DNA from: a virus
Direction: 5' to 3' (one strand)
Virus record (IMG/VR): IMGVR_UViG_3300028800_000074
Span: 1-64,000 of that record
Length of the DNA stretch: 64,000 nt
Position numbers and translations under genes: made by a program. How positions within the stretch are numbered: position 1 is the first letter of the stretch; every line of letters starts with the position of its first letter. Of this stretch, positions 44,372-53,995 are shown piece after piece. The notes beneath the pieces were generated by a model. The model worked only from the letters and a program-made list of their open reading frames with translations. It was not told the DNA's origin and searched no databases.

Positions 44372-46348
44372 GTGACCACGATCCCGGTTTCGTTTATCGC
44401 CAACGTCATCCCCTCCGTCATTCAAGCGGGCGGAGCGGCGTTGGTTCTCAACGGCCTGATGCTGACGACCTCTCAGCGTCTTCCGACTGGCACCGTGCAG
44501 GGCTACGGCTCGGCGGCCAACGTCGGCACCTATTTCGGGCTCAGCTCGAACGAGTATTTGAAGGCGCAGCAATACTTCAACTCGTACCTGCTCGCATCGC
44601 AGTACCCGGGGCAGATTCTCGTCGCGCAGTTCACGCCGACCGACGTCCCCGGATGGGTGCGAGGCGGATCGATTGCCGGTTTGACGGTGCCTCAGGTCGC
44701 GGCGCTCACCGGCAACATCTCCATCGCCATCGGCGGCGGCACCTACACGGCGACCGGCTTGTCGCTGTCGAGCGCGACCTCCTACAGCGCGGCGGCGACG
44801 CTGATCCAGACCGCGCTCAACACGACCTTGCCCACCGGCTTCACGAGCACCGCCACGTCGGGCTCAATCGTCGCGGTGTCGTCGACCTTCCAAGGTTCGA
44901 TTGCAGGCAACGTGCTCACCGTCACCAGCGCGCCGTCGAACCTGCTTGTTCGAGGCGCGATCATCACGGTCGGCGCGTCGGTCGGCACGCAGATCACGGA
45001 GCAGCTCACTTCGACCGGCGCGGCGAACGGCGGCGTCGGCACCTACGCGGTCTCGATCTATCAGTCGGTCCCGCTGGGCACGAACTTCACCGCGACCTAC
45101 GGCACGCTCACCCTGTCGGCCCCTCCGGCGTCGGGCACGGCGTCGATTGGGATGCAGATTTCCGGCACGGGCGTGACGGCCGGGACGCAGCTCATGCAGG
45201 CGGGGCCGGGAACGGCCGGACAATCGTTCTACGTCTCGCCGTCGCAGACCGTGACCAATCAGACGATCACGGGCGTGTGGCCGCCTCTCACGGTGACCTA
45301 CGACTCGATCTCTGGCGGCATCCTGATCACGGCGGGCAATGTTGGAGCGATCTCGACCGCCGCAGCGGCGACCGGCTCGCTTGCGACGTCTCTCAACCTC
45401 ACGACCGCGACCGGCGCAACCGTCAGTCAGGGCGCAGCCGGTGTGACGCCGGGCGCGTTCATGCCGAACATCGTCTCGGCGACCCAGAACTGGGCGAGCT
45501 TCTTCACGCTCTACGATCCGGACGACGCTGGCGCTAACACCGGACAGTGGGCCTCGAAGGTCGCATTTTCTTCGTGGGCGACGGCGCAGAACAACCGGTA
45601 CCTCTACCTCGGGTGGGATACCGACATTCAGCCGACGCTCCAGTTTAGCTGCACCACGTCGTTCGCTTACGCGGTCGGTCCGAACGGGACGAACTCTTCG
45701 GGCACGATGCCGATCTACGATCCCAACAATACGGGCAAGGCGGCGTTCGTCGCGGGCTGCATCGCGAGCATCAACTTCGGCGCGCTCAACGGCCGAACCA
45801 CGATGGCGTTCAGGCAGCAGAGTGGTCAGGTCGCCGACGTCACGACCGGCACCGCCTACACGAACCTGCTCAACAACGGCTACAACTTCTACGGCGCTTA
45901 TTCGACCGCCAATCAGGGGTACACGTTCCTCTACAACGGGTCGGTCACCGGGCCGTATCTGTGGGCTGATTCCTATGTGAACCAGATCTACATGAACGCG
46001 GCATTTCAGGTCGACATGATCAGCCTCATGACGACCGTTCCGTCGATCCCGTACAACACCACGGGTGCGACGATGGTCGAGACCTCGCTGCTCCCGACCA
46101 TCAATCAGATGGTCAACTTCGGAGCCGTCGTTCCCGGCATTTCGCTGAGCGGCAACGAGATCGCGGCGGTCAACGCCATCGCGGGCTTCGACGTCTCCGG
46201 CATCCTCTTCAACGCCGGATGGTACTTCCAGATGCAGCCCGCGATCCCGTCGACGAGACGCGCTCGCACGACGCCGCCGATCTACTTCTTTTATTGCGAT
46301 GGCGGTTCCATTCAGCAGATGACGCTTAACAGCGTCGAGCTTCAGTAA
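44372..46348 (+). CDS. contractile tail sheath (DUF3383)
   Basis: IP.S.I..V.P.V..AGG, TQNWASF, NGYNFYG, WADSYVNQI, SIPYN, YCDGGSIQ. Confidence 0.93.
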   Translation: MTTIPVSFIANVIPSVIQAGGAALVLNGLMLTTSQRLPTGTVQGYGSAANVGTYFGLSSNEYLKAQQYFNSYLLASQYPGQILVAQFTPTDVPGWVRGGSIAGLTVPQVAALTGNISIAIGGGTYTATGLSLSSATSYSAAATLIQTALNTTLPTGFTSTATSGSIVAVSSTFQGSIAGNVLTVTSAPSNLLVRGAIITVGASVGTQITEQLTSTGAANGGVGTYAVSIYQSVPLGTNFTATYGTLTLSAPPASGTASIGMQISGTGVTAGTQLMQAGPGTAGQSFYVSPSQTVTNQTITGVWPPLTVTYDSISGGILITAGNVGAISTAAAATGSLATSLNLTTATGATVSQGAAGVTPGAFMPNIVSATQNWASFFTLYDPDDAGANTGQWASKVAFSSWATAQNNRYLYLGWDTDIQPTLQFSCTTSFAYAVGPNGTNSSGTMPIYDPNNTGKAAFVAGCIASINFGALNGRTTMAFRQQSGQVADVTTGTAYTNLLNNGYNFYGAYSTANQGYTFLYNGSVTGPYLWADSYVNQIYMNAAFQVDMISLMTTVPSIPYNTTGATMVETSLLPTINQMVNFGAVVPGISLSGNEIAAVNAIAGFDVSGILFNAGWYFQMQPAIPSTRRARTTPPIYFFYCDGGSIQQMTLNSVELQ

Positions 46349-46386
46349 CCTAGCGCCAATCGAGCCCCGTTAAGGAGAACTGTCTC

Positions 46387-46857
46387 ATGGCAACGCAGAT
46401 CACGTCGCTCGATTGCATCTTCATGCTCGGGGTGACGAACGTCTACAACAACCCCATCAAGCTCTCGAACTTCTCGGCCGACGACATCTTCACCACCGAG
46501 AACTTGGCGGTCGGCGAGTTCGTGATGGGCATCGACGGCTTCCTGACGGGCGGCGCGCTCAACGTGCCGACCCCGATGACGATCTCGCTGCAAGCCGACT
46601 CGCCGTCCATCGTCCTCTTCGACGACTGGTACCTCTACATGAAGCAGAACGACACGCTGGCGTGGGCGTTCGGAACCGTGGCCTTCCCGTCGCTCGGTAA
46701 GAAGTTCACGCTCGATAGGGGCGGCCTTCGAAACTACAAGATGATCGCCGACGCACGGAAGACGCTCCAGCCGGTGCAGTACACCATCATCTGGCAGAAC
46801 CCGCTTCCAGCGCCGTCGGCGCAGGCGACGCTCGCCGTCCCGCCTGCCGGGCACTAA
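46387..46857 (+). CDS. tail tube protein
   Basis: FSADDIF, MGIDG.LTGG, ISLQADSPS; follows the sheath gene. Confidence 0.85.
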   Translation: MATQITSLDCIFMLGVTNVYNNPIKLSNFSADDIFTTENLAVGEFVMGIDGFLTGGALNVPTPMTISLQADSPSIVLFDDWYLYMKQNDTLAWAFGTVAFPSLGKKFTLDRGGLRNYKMIADARKTLQPVQYTIIWQNPLPAPSAQATLAVPPAGH

Positions 46858-46862
46858 GCCGT

Positions 46863-48110
46863 ATGATCAGGCGTATTGTCGCGGCGCTCGTCGCCGCATC
46901 CCTCGCGGTCGCCTGCGCCACCGCGAGGTCGTCGTCTCCTTCCGTCGGAAAGGGATACCAGCGGGTCACTCAGGATTGGACCGGCTCGTCGACATCCGGC
47001 CACTTCGTCGACCCGAGCCTGTCGTCGCAGTCTGCGAACCTGTGGAACCACTATCAGGGCATCGCGGTCCTCTACGCCGAGTGGAAGACGAATCAGCCTC
47101 AGGCGAGCGATGCGCTGAGCCGCATCAAGGCGGAGGCCGCGTGGGTCAAAGCTACGTGGCCAAACGCCTCGACGTGGTCAAGTTGCGGCACCGGGGCAAT
47201 GCTCCCGGCCCTCGACGACGTCGCATGGACCGCGCATGCCTTCCTCGTCTTCAACGAGGTCACTGGCGACAAGTTCTGGCTCACGGCGGCGAAGAACGCC
47301 ATCGATTGCTCGGGCAACCGCTGGTACGACCCGAACTGGGGCGGCCTCTGGTACAACGACGCCAAGGTCTCGAAGCGCAGCTACACAGCCGAACTCGTCT
47401 TCGACATGCTGCGCTACGACGAGCTGGCGCACGTCAGCGACTATCTCGGCGACGCCCAGTACACCTATCAGTGGGCGACCACGAACGTCGCCCCTTGCGG
47501 CTCGGGCGTCATCGCCGGGGTCAGCTCGAACTGCCTCTACCGCAGCGATGGAGGCTTCTGGGACGGCGTCGGCGCGAACGGCAATGCGGTCTTGCCAACG
47601 ACGCAGACTTCGCCCACGCCTCCACCCGCCGACGCGACGGGGACGCCCTACCAGATTCAGCTAGCGGCGACGCTTCCCTCGTGGGGCTGGAGCGTCACCT
47701 TCCTCGAAGGCAACATGATGTGGAGCGTCGTCGCGGCGAAGCTCAACGCCATCTCGCCGAACCCTGCCTTCGCCGCACAGATCAACGCCACGGCCGCGTT
47801 CATGGCGGCGCATGAGAGCTATCAGGGCGGCTTCCTCGATGATCAGGACGCCAACACCGACGCCGCAGCGGCCTACTTCTACCGGACGTTCGCCGAGCCG
47901 CTCCTGACCAGCGCCAACAAGACGAAGATCGACGCGATGTACGCGGCGACCGCAAGCGGCGTCGTGGCAGGGAACTGGAGCTGGGATTGGCAGCTTCCCG
48001 CGTCGTGCGGCGTCTGGTGCAATCAGGGGTTCGGTTCATCGGCCGACCCGAAGGCTCCGCTCGCGCCAATCGCGAACTCGACCATGTGGGCCGTGATGGG
48101 AGGCCTCTGA
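46863..48110 (+). CDS. secreted GH76-like (alpha/alpha)6 glycoside hydrolase
   Basis: Signal or lipoprotein peptide; LDDVAW acidic pair; EVTGDKFWLTAAK; WYDPNWGGLWY. Confidence 0.8.
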   Translation: MIRRIVAALVAASLAVACATARSSSPSVGKGYQRVTQDWTGSSTSGHFVDPSLSSQSANLWNHYQGIAVLYAEWKTNQPQASDALSRIKAEAAWVKATWPNASTWSSCGTGAMLPALDDVAWTAHAFLVFNEVTGDKFWLTAAKNAIDCSGNRWYDPNWGGLWYNDAKVSKRSYTAELVFDMLRYDELAHVSDYLGDAQYTYQWATTNVAPCGSGVIAGVSSNCLYRSDGGFWDGVGANGNAVLPTTQTSPTPPPADATGTPYQIQLAATLPSWGWSVTFLEGNMMWSVVAAKLNAISPNPAFAAQINATAAFMAAHESYQGGFLDDQDANTDAAAAYFYRTFAEPLLTSANKTKIDAMYAATASGVVAGNWSWDWQLPASCGVWCNQGFGSSADPKAPLAPIANSTMWAVMGGL

Positions 48111-48147
48111 CCTTTCCCCTCAAACAAGCCAACGGAAGGAGAGAGCC

Positions 48148-48678
48148 GTGGCGCTTCAAGAAGTACGTGTCATAGTCCCCAAGCTCGGGGGCAAGAACCG
48201 CGACGAAGGCAAGGCGTTCCTCTTGAAGGAGATGACCGCCTACGATGCCGAATACTGGGGCGGCGAGATCGGCGATCTCTTCATCCAGTACGGGCTCGCC
48301 GAAGTGGTCGAGTCCGGCATGGCCGGTGTCGCGCAGAACATCGGCAAGGTGTTCAACAGCGGCGGGCGCATCCCGTTCGCCGAGGCTCACCGCAAGACCG
48401 AGCGCCTGATGCAGTGCGTCTACGTGATCCCAGACAAGTCGAAGCCGGACTTCGTGCGTCAGCTCCACGAGACCGACATCGAAGACCCGGACACGCGCAT
48501 CTGGCTCAAGCGGCAGGTTCTCGAACTGCACGTAAATTTTTCGACGCTCTTGAGCCGATTGGTCGCGGCTTTAGGGCTTTCTTCGACGACCTTGGCGTCG
48601 AGCCTGTCGGATACCCAAACGTCCCCGACACCATCGCCGCCTGCCTATCGGCCAGCACGTCACCAGCCGAGACGTTGA
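48148..48678 (+). CDS. tail assembly chaperone (gpG-like)
   Basis: RDEGKAFLLKEM.A, DIED..T...LK..VLELH.NF; precedes the tape measure genes. Confidence 0.8.
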   Translation: MALQEVRVIVPKLGGKNRDEGKAFLLKEMTAYDAEYWGGEIGDLFIQYGLAEVVESGMAGVAQNIGKVFNSGGRIPFAEAHRKTERLMQCVYVIPDKSKPDFVRQLHETDIEDPDTRIWLKRQVLELHVNFSTLLSRLVAALGLSSTTLASSLSDTQTSPTPSPPAYRPARHQPRR

Positions 48679-48815
48679 TCGCTCTCCAGACGGTCCTCAG
48701 CGTCAAGGACTTATATGTCCTGCTCGAAGTCATGACCGTCGACACCTACAACAAGCGCCAGTACCAAGAGGCTTGGAAGGCAAAGTTAGAGCGCGAACGT
48801 GCCAACGGTTCTTGA
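48534..48815 (+). CDS. -1 frameshift extension of tail chaperone (gpGT-like)
   Basis: In-frame slippery heptamer A AAT TTT at 48534-48540; the -1 frame is open to 48815 (YPNVP..LQTVLSVKDLY.LLEV). Confidence 0.8.
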   Translation, partial: KFFDALEPIGRGFRAFFDDLGVEPVGYPNVPDTIAACLSASTSPAETLIALQTVLSVKDLYVLLEVMTVDTYNKRQYQEAWKAKLERERANGS

Positions 48816-50820
48816 TCAGCTTTCATTCGAGCTAGGCCTCGACCCCTCTCAGTTTGAAGAGGGATTGAAGAAGGCTGTCCAAGCCTCGCTGAAGCTGCAC
48901 GACGAGACGATCAAACACTCGAAGGAAATCCAGCACGAGGTCGGCGAGAACCTGACCGAGGCTTTCCGCAAGGCGCGTGATCACATCATCGAGTTCACCG
49001 CCGCGTTGCTCGGCGCTCGAACCGTGGTCGACTTCACGGCCGACACCGTCTCGGCCGGGTCGGCGATGTCCACGCTCTCGACGCAGCTCGGGATGGCTCC
49101 CGAGAAGATCAGCGCCTTCCAGATGGCGATGGAGCGCGTCACCGGTTCGACGCAGGGCGCTACCGCCGCGCTGGTCGCGGTCAACGGCGCGGTCGAGCGC
49201 AGCAAGGTGTTCGGCGAAACGCCGGGCCCGTACCTCGTCTTCGACAAGGATGCGGACGCGCTCGAAAACATCCTGAAGACCGTCGAGAACCTCAACCATG
49301 GGACCGGCGAGGGGACTGGCGACATCCAAGACCGCGTCGCCAAGCTTCAATCGGTCGTTCAGGACGCAGGCGTCGCGACGCAACTGATCACCCTCGGCGC
49401 AGCTCGCGTCCGCGAGATGATGAAGGACGCGGGGCCGAACGTCTGGACCCAGAAGCAGGTCGACGACGCGAACAAGCTCCTCGATAGCTGGGTGCAGCTC
49501 AAGGGCGCAGCGACCAGCTTTGCCCGCTCAATCCTTGGAGACGTCGAGCCCGCGCTCAGCGCGCTCCTACTCGATCTCAAGAGCCTCTTCGACGCAAACC
49601 GGGAGGGGATCAAGGACTGGGTCGGCGACAAGATCAAAGCCATCGACGAGTGGATCAAGACGCCGGGCTGGCAAAAGGTCGCCGACGACTTCGAAGAGCA
49701 CCTTCGGCAGATCAACGCCATCGTGAAGGCCATAGGAGGCTGGCAGACAGCCATTGAGGCTCTGGCCGCCCTCTTCATCGCCGACAAGATCGCCAACGTC
49801 GTGCTGGGCCTCATCGCCATTGCCCGGGCGCTCGCCTTGATCTCCGGCGTCAGCGCACTATCTGCGGTCTTTGGAGGAGGGGTCGCCGCAACCGCAGCCA
49901 AGGGCGCAGGCGGCGCAGGATTGATGTCGATGATCTGGCAGGGAATCAAGAACGGCTCAATCGCTGTTGGCGGCCTCGCGGCTCTGGCGGCTGGCTCGTT
50001 GGTCTACGGCGACATCAGCGGGCAGCAGGGCTTCATGAAGAAGTTCTACGCCAACGAGCCTATGACGCCAAAGGAGGAGGCCGACCTCCACACGTGGATC
50101 GACGCTCAGATCGGCGCTAAGATCGGCGGCAACTCTGGCCCTCACCCGCGCAACGCTGAAGTCGCAATCACCGCCGACGGTCGCCCAGTGACGACGTCGA
50201 GCCCGCTCCCCGTCATCTCCGTCAGCCCGACCGACTCGCTCGGGATCATCCCGTTCCAGTCGGGAAGCTCATCGAGCGGCTCCGACTCATCGTCAGACTC
50301 TTCGCCGATCACCGTCGTCAAAGACGCGGCCCACTCGGTCGTCAACGCGGCGAAGAACTTCGGCAATTGGCTGATCGGCGGCGACAAGGCCAAGGCCTCG
50401 ACGGGCCCGGCGTCATCAAGACCGGCGTTCCCCGTTTCACCGTCAGGGCCGCACCCGAGAAATCAACCGGCTTCAACAACCGGTGCTGGCTTCACCTATG
50501 AGACGCGTCCCGAGGCGACGCCTCTTCCGCCCGGGGCCGCGCCGAGGTCCGACAGCAACACCGTCGAGTATCACGGCAAGCACTATCATCAGAACGCCGA
50601 CGGCACGCTCGGCGCGGAAGTCCATGCTTGGATGCAGAGCAGCACCCGCTACGCGAGCGAGATGCATGCCCACGCCGGAGACCGTTCGAAGAGCGTCTCG
50701 ATTGCGGCGCTGCATATCCACGGCTCGTCGAACAGCGAAAAGACGTCAGATCGAGACGTGGTGCTTCGAGCGATCAAGCGCGACCTCCTGACGCTCAACA
50801 TGGACGTCGGTCTTGCCTAA
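48799..50820 (+). CDS. tape measure-like protein 1
   Basis: MPTVLDQL..ELGLDPSQF start, helical Ala-rich body with hydrophobic segment; directly after the chaperone. Confidence 0.8.
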   Translation: MPTVLDQLSFELGLDPSQFEEGLKKAVQASLKLHDETIKHSKEIQHEVGENLTEAFRKARDHIIEFTAALLGARTVVDFTADTVSAGSAMSTLSTQLGMAPEKISAFQMAMERVTGSTQGATAALVAVNGAVERSKVFGETPGPYLVFDKDADALENILKTVENLNHGTGEGTGDIQDRVAKLQSVVQDAGVATQLITLGAARVREMMKDAGPNVWTQKQVDDANKLLDSWVQLKGAATSFARSILGDVEPALSALLLDLKSLFDANREGIKDWVGDKIKAIDEWIKTPGWQKVADDFEEHLRQINAIVKAIGGWQTAIEALAALFIADKIANVVLGLIAIARALALISGVSALSAVFGGGVAATAAKGAGGAGLMSMIWQGIKNGSIAVGGLAALAAGSLVYGDISGQQGFMKKFYANEPMTPKEEADLHTWIDAQIGAKIGGNSGPHPRNAEVAITADGRPVTTSSPLPVISVSPTDSLGIIPFQSGSSSSGSDSSSDSSPITVVKDAAHSVVNAAKNFGNWLIGGDKAKASTGPASSRPAFPVSPSGPHPRNQPASTTGAGFTYETRPEATPLPPGAAPRSDSNTVEYHGKHYHQNADGTLGAEVHAWMQSSTRYASEMHAHAGDRSKSVSIAALHIHGSSNSEKTSDRDVVLRAIKRDLLTLNMDVGLA

Positions 50821-53080
50821 CGGCATGATCGAAGCTCTCTACCTTGAGCTTCGGATCGACGACAGCAAGTTCAAGGACGACGAGGATAAGCACGACGCGA
50901 AGCTGAAGGCGACGCGCCAGCGCATCGTCCGCGAAGCCGAGATTGTCGAGGCCGAGATCGCCGCCCGGTTCGCCGAGACTTTCAAAAAGCTCCGAGACGA
51001 AGTGCTCGGGGTGTTCGGCATCCTGATCGGCGCGACGACGATCACGGGGTTTCTCACGTCGACGACCGGGCTTGCGACGTCGCTCGATTTGATCTCGAAG
51101 GCGACCGGGGAGTCAGTCCATTCCCTTCACGCCTTCGATCTTGCCGTGCAGGCTGCGGGCGGCGCTCCCGGCGAGGCGGCCGACTTCATGGCCCGGCTCT
51201 CGACCGAGCTGGCAAACCAGCGCGTCCTCAATACGCCGATGGCGGACTGGTGGTACAAGTTCGGTCTCGGAGCCGAGCAGGCCAAGAACCCGATTGAGGC
51301 CTATCTCAAGCTCGTCGAGAAGGTCGAGCAGGCGAACCTTTCGCGTCCTGAGAAGTCGGCGGCGCTCCAGTCCCTCGGCATGAGCCCGGCGCTCATTCAG
51401 GAAACCCTGAAGGGCTCCGAGCAGGTCAAGGCCGACATCGCCAAGTTCGGACCCTACGCGCTGACGGACAGAGACGCCGAAGTCGTCGTCAAGATGCGCG
51501 AGTCATGGGGCGAGCTTCGGGCCTCCGTCGAGGGCTTCGCCCGGGCGGTGCTCGGCCTCACCAACGACGACATCGTCGGCATCCTCGACAAGCTGAAGAC
51601 GTGGGTCGACGAACTGCGCCAGACCGCCCTCCCATGGCTCCATGAGCGAGCCAAGGAGCTGCGGGACATCATCGACCATATCGACTGGGGGTCGCTGAAG
51701 GACGGGATCAGGACCGCAACCCAGAGCATCCGGAACGTCATCGACGCGCTCGGAGGGTGGAAGTTCGCCACCGAGGTCATCATCGGGCTGCTCGTGGCCA
51801 ATTCGTTCGCCCCCATCCTTCGGGGCATGCTGTCCTTGACCGGCGCGCTCGGGATTGGCGGGCCTCTTCTGGCGGCGGCGCTCGCCCTCGGGGCGGCGTT
51901 CGAGCTGTATCAGCACCTGAAGGGTGAACAGACCCAGCCGAAGCACCCGGCGTCCGGTGTTGGCGCGGGTGACATCCCAAGTCGAGCCGCAGCGCCGGAA
52001 GAAGCCACTACGGCGGTCAAGGGCGGCGGTTTTGCCATCCCCGGGTCCAATGACACGTCCGGAAGCCAAAAGCCGCCAGCGGCCTCCTATGGGGCTCCTG
52101 AGGCCTATGGGTCAAAAGGCGTCGAGATGGAGGTCGGCGGCTCCCCGATCTCGGCCGGGCACCCGATGCCGGTCTACGTGGTCAATCAGGTGACTGCCGA
52201 AGACGACGACGCGTGGTCACTCCTGACGAAGTTCTTCGGCAAGGCCTACGGCGGGGTGACCAATTGGTGGCACGGCGGCAGCAGGTCGAGCGTCGGCGGC
52301 GGAGGCGGGGCTGGCCCACGCGACTTCTCCGGCTACGCAGGGGCTGGCACGGCCGGGTCTGGCCACGGTTTCAATTACGAGGGCGGCCGGAAGCTCTTCG
52401 GCATGTTCAAGCTCCTTGGCATGAGCGACGAGGCGGCGGCCGGGGCGGTCGGCGGCGTCATGGGGGAGTCCTTCACGTCGCTCGACCCGAACGCCTTCCA
52501 CGCCAACGACGTTCGCCCGGGCATCGGCTCCGGTGGTCTGGCGCAGTGGAACCGGGAGCGTATCCAAGGCCTCTGGCGCTTCGCCAACGAGGCCGACCCC
52601 AGCTTGGGGCTCGATACGAGCGTGATCGACAACGATGGCATCCGACGCCAGCTCATGCGCGTGAACGCGGACGTCCAGATGCGCTACATCGTCTGGGAGC
52701 TTCAGAATACGGCCGCAGGGCGTAGCACCTTGGCGAGGCTGCGCTCGACGAAGAGCGTCGGCGAGGCAGCGGCGATCTGGGCGCAGATTTACGAGGGCGC
52801 GGTCGGCGGGTCCGAGGGAAGGCGGGCCGACTACGGGGCGACCTTTCTCAAGCACATGAACGATTCAATCCGAGCGCCATCGGTGTTCCCGCCCCCGGAT
52901 GCGTCAAAGACGAAGTCTCTATCCGGCGCGATGTCGGCGCTCAGCTACCACCGCTTCGCCGCCGCGCAGGCGATCCATCATCACACCGAGATCGCAAACG
53001 TGAGCGTCCACACTCAGGCGACGACGCCGGAAGCCATCGCGCAGGACATCAGGGTCGCGGTCGAGCGCGAGGTCGCCTGA
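50813..53080 (+). CDS. tape measure-like protein 2 with tail lysozyme (Phage_lysozyme2-like) domain
   Basis: N-half paralogous to protein 1; GMSDEAAAGAVGGVMGES..LDP.A..GLAQWN..R..Q..YI.WEL. Confidence 0.85.
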   Translation: MPNGMIEALYLELRIDDSKFKDDEDKHDAKLKATRQRIVREAEIVEAEIAARFAETFKKLRDEVLGVFGILIGATTITGFLTSTTGLATSLDLISKATGESVHSLHAFDLAVQAAGGAPGEAADFMARLSTELANQRVLNTPMADWWYKFGLGAEQAKNPIEAYLKLVEKVEQANLSRPEKSAALQSLGMSPALIQETLKGSEQVKADIAKFGPYALTDRDAEVVVKMRESWGELRASVEGFARAVLGLTNDDIVGILDKLKTWVDELRQTALPWLHERAKELRDIIDHIDWGSLKDGIRTATQSIRNVIDALGGWKFATEVIIGLLVANSFAPILRGMLSLTGALGIGGPLLAAALALGAAFELYQHLKGEQTQPKHPASGVGAGDIPSRAAAPEEATTAVKGGGFAIPGSNDTSGSQKPPAASYGAPEAYGSKGVEMEVGGSPISAGHPMPVYVVNQVTAEDDDAWSLLTKFFGKAYGGVTNWWHGGSRSSVGGGGGAGPRDFSGYAGAGTAGSGHGFNYEGGRKLFGMFKLLGMSDEAAAGAVGGVMGESFTSLDPNAFHANDVRPGIGSGGLAQWNRERIQGLWRFANEADPSLGLDTSVIDNDGIRRQLMRVNADVQMRYIVWELQNTAAGRSTLARLRSTKSVGEAAAIWAQIYEGAVGGSEGRRADYGATFLKHMNDSIRAPSVFPPPDASKTKSLSGAMSALSYHRFAAAQAIHHHTEIANVSVHTQATTPEAIAQDIRVAVEREVA

Positions 53081-53194
53081 TCACTTCAGGTGGCTCGCGA
53101 GGTAGAGCACGCCTATGAGGACGCCGAGCATGAACGGCCCGCGCCCCATGAGCATGATCAGGATGATGACGACGAGCAGGAAGGCGATGATCAT
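53081..53194 (-). CDS. 37-aa hydrophobic membrane peptide, antisense to the late operon
   Basis: Read by hand: MIIAFLLVVIILIMLMGRGPFMLGVLIGVLYLASHLK fills the intergenic gap. Confidence 0.65.
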   Translation of the reverse strand: MIIAFLLVVIILIMLMGRGPFMLGVLIGVLYLASHLK

Positions 53195-53218
53195 GGGCGA
53201 AAGGCGTTCACGATGTTA

Positions 53219-53232
53219 AACACGGGTGTTAC
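53219..53232. promoter_or_regulatory. operator-like motif, copy 3
   Basis: AACACGGGTGTTAC, about 25 nt upstream of the antisense peptide gene. Confidence 0.6.
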
Positions 53233-53236
53233 ATAG

Positions 53237-53992
53237 GTGGCCTATGTCGTTCCGCAAGTCCCCGGCGTCCCGCCTCTGACGGGAGGCTTCGCATCGGTCG
53301 CGAGCTTCGGCTTCCCGGCCGTGTCGGGCGCAATCGTGGACATCTCGAACTCGCTGCCGGGGTCGCTCGGGCCGCAGTGGGGCATCTTCCTCAACGGCGC
53401 GCCAGTGGTCACCGCCGACGTGGTCGTGGCGCAGGACTTCCGTGAAGAGTGGGTCATCGCCGACTATCCGATTGAGAACGGCGGCTTCGAGAGCTACGAC
53501 AAGGTCTGGCGTCCGTTCGACGTCCGGATGACGTTCGTCTCCGGCGAGAGCGTGCAGAACCGGGCCGCGCTGATCGACTCGATTGCCGCCATCGCTGGCG
53601 ACATGAACCTCTATGACTTCGTCACGCCGGAGGTCATCTATCAGTCGGTCTCCATCGCCCACGACGACTATCACCGCGAGACGACGAGAGGCGCTGGCGC
53701 GCTCCCGGTCTCGGTCTGGGGATGGCAGATCAGCATCAACACGACGAGCGGGCTCACGAACGCCGCGAACTCAGCGCCGGGCGGCAACGACCCGAGCTTC
53801 GTCGGCCCGACGCAGGCGACCGATCTCGGCGCTCCAGCCTATGGCGTATCGCCGACGAACGCGACGAGCGGGTCTCAGGTCGGGACGAGCCTCGGCATCC
53901 CCCAGATCGCCGGACCGGCCAGCTACCCGGCGACCACCAATGGCGTGACGAACGCCCCCTACAATTCAGTCAGCGGGGCGTACAGCCCTTAA
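53237..53992 (+). CDS. baseplate / tail-tube initiator protein
   Basis: VPQVPGVPPL, QWGIF, DYPIE.GGF.SYDKV..P, YDFVTPE. Confidence 0.85.
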   Translation: MAYVVPQVPGVPPLTGGFASVASFGFPAVSGAIVDISNSLPGSLGPQWGIFLNGAPVVTADVVVAQDFREEWVIADYPIENGGFESYDKVWRPFDVRMTFVSGESVQNRAALIDSIAAIAGDMNLYDFVTPEVIYQSVSIAHDDYHRETTRGAGALPVSVWGWQISINTTSGLTNAANSAPGGNDPSFVGPTQATDLGAPAYGVSPTNATSGSQVGTSLGIPQIAGPASYPATTNGVTNAPYNSVSGAYSP

Positions 53993-53995
53993 GCA

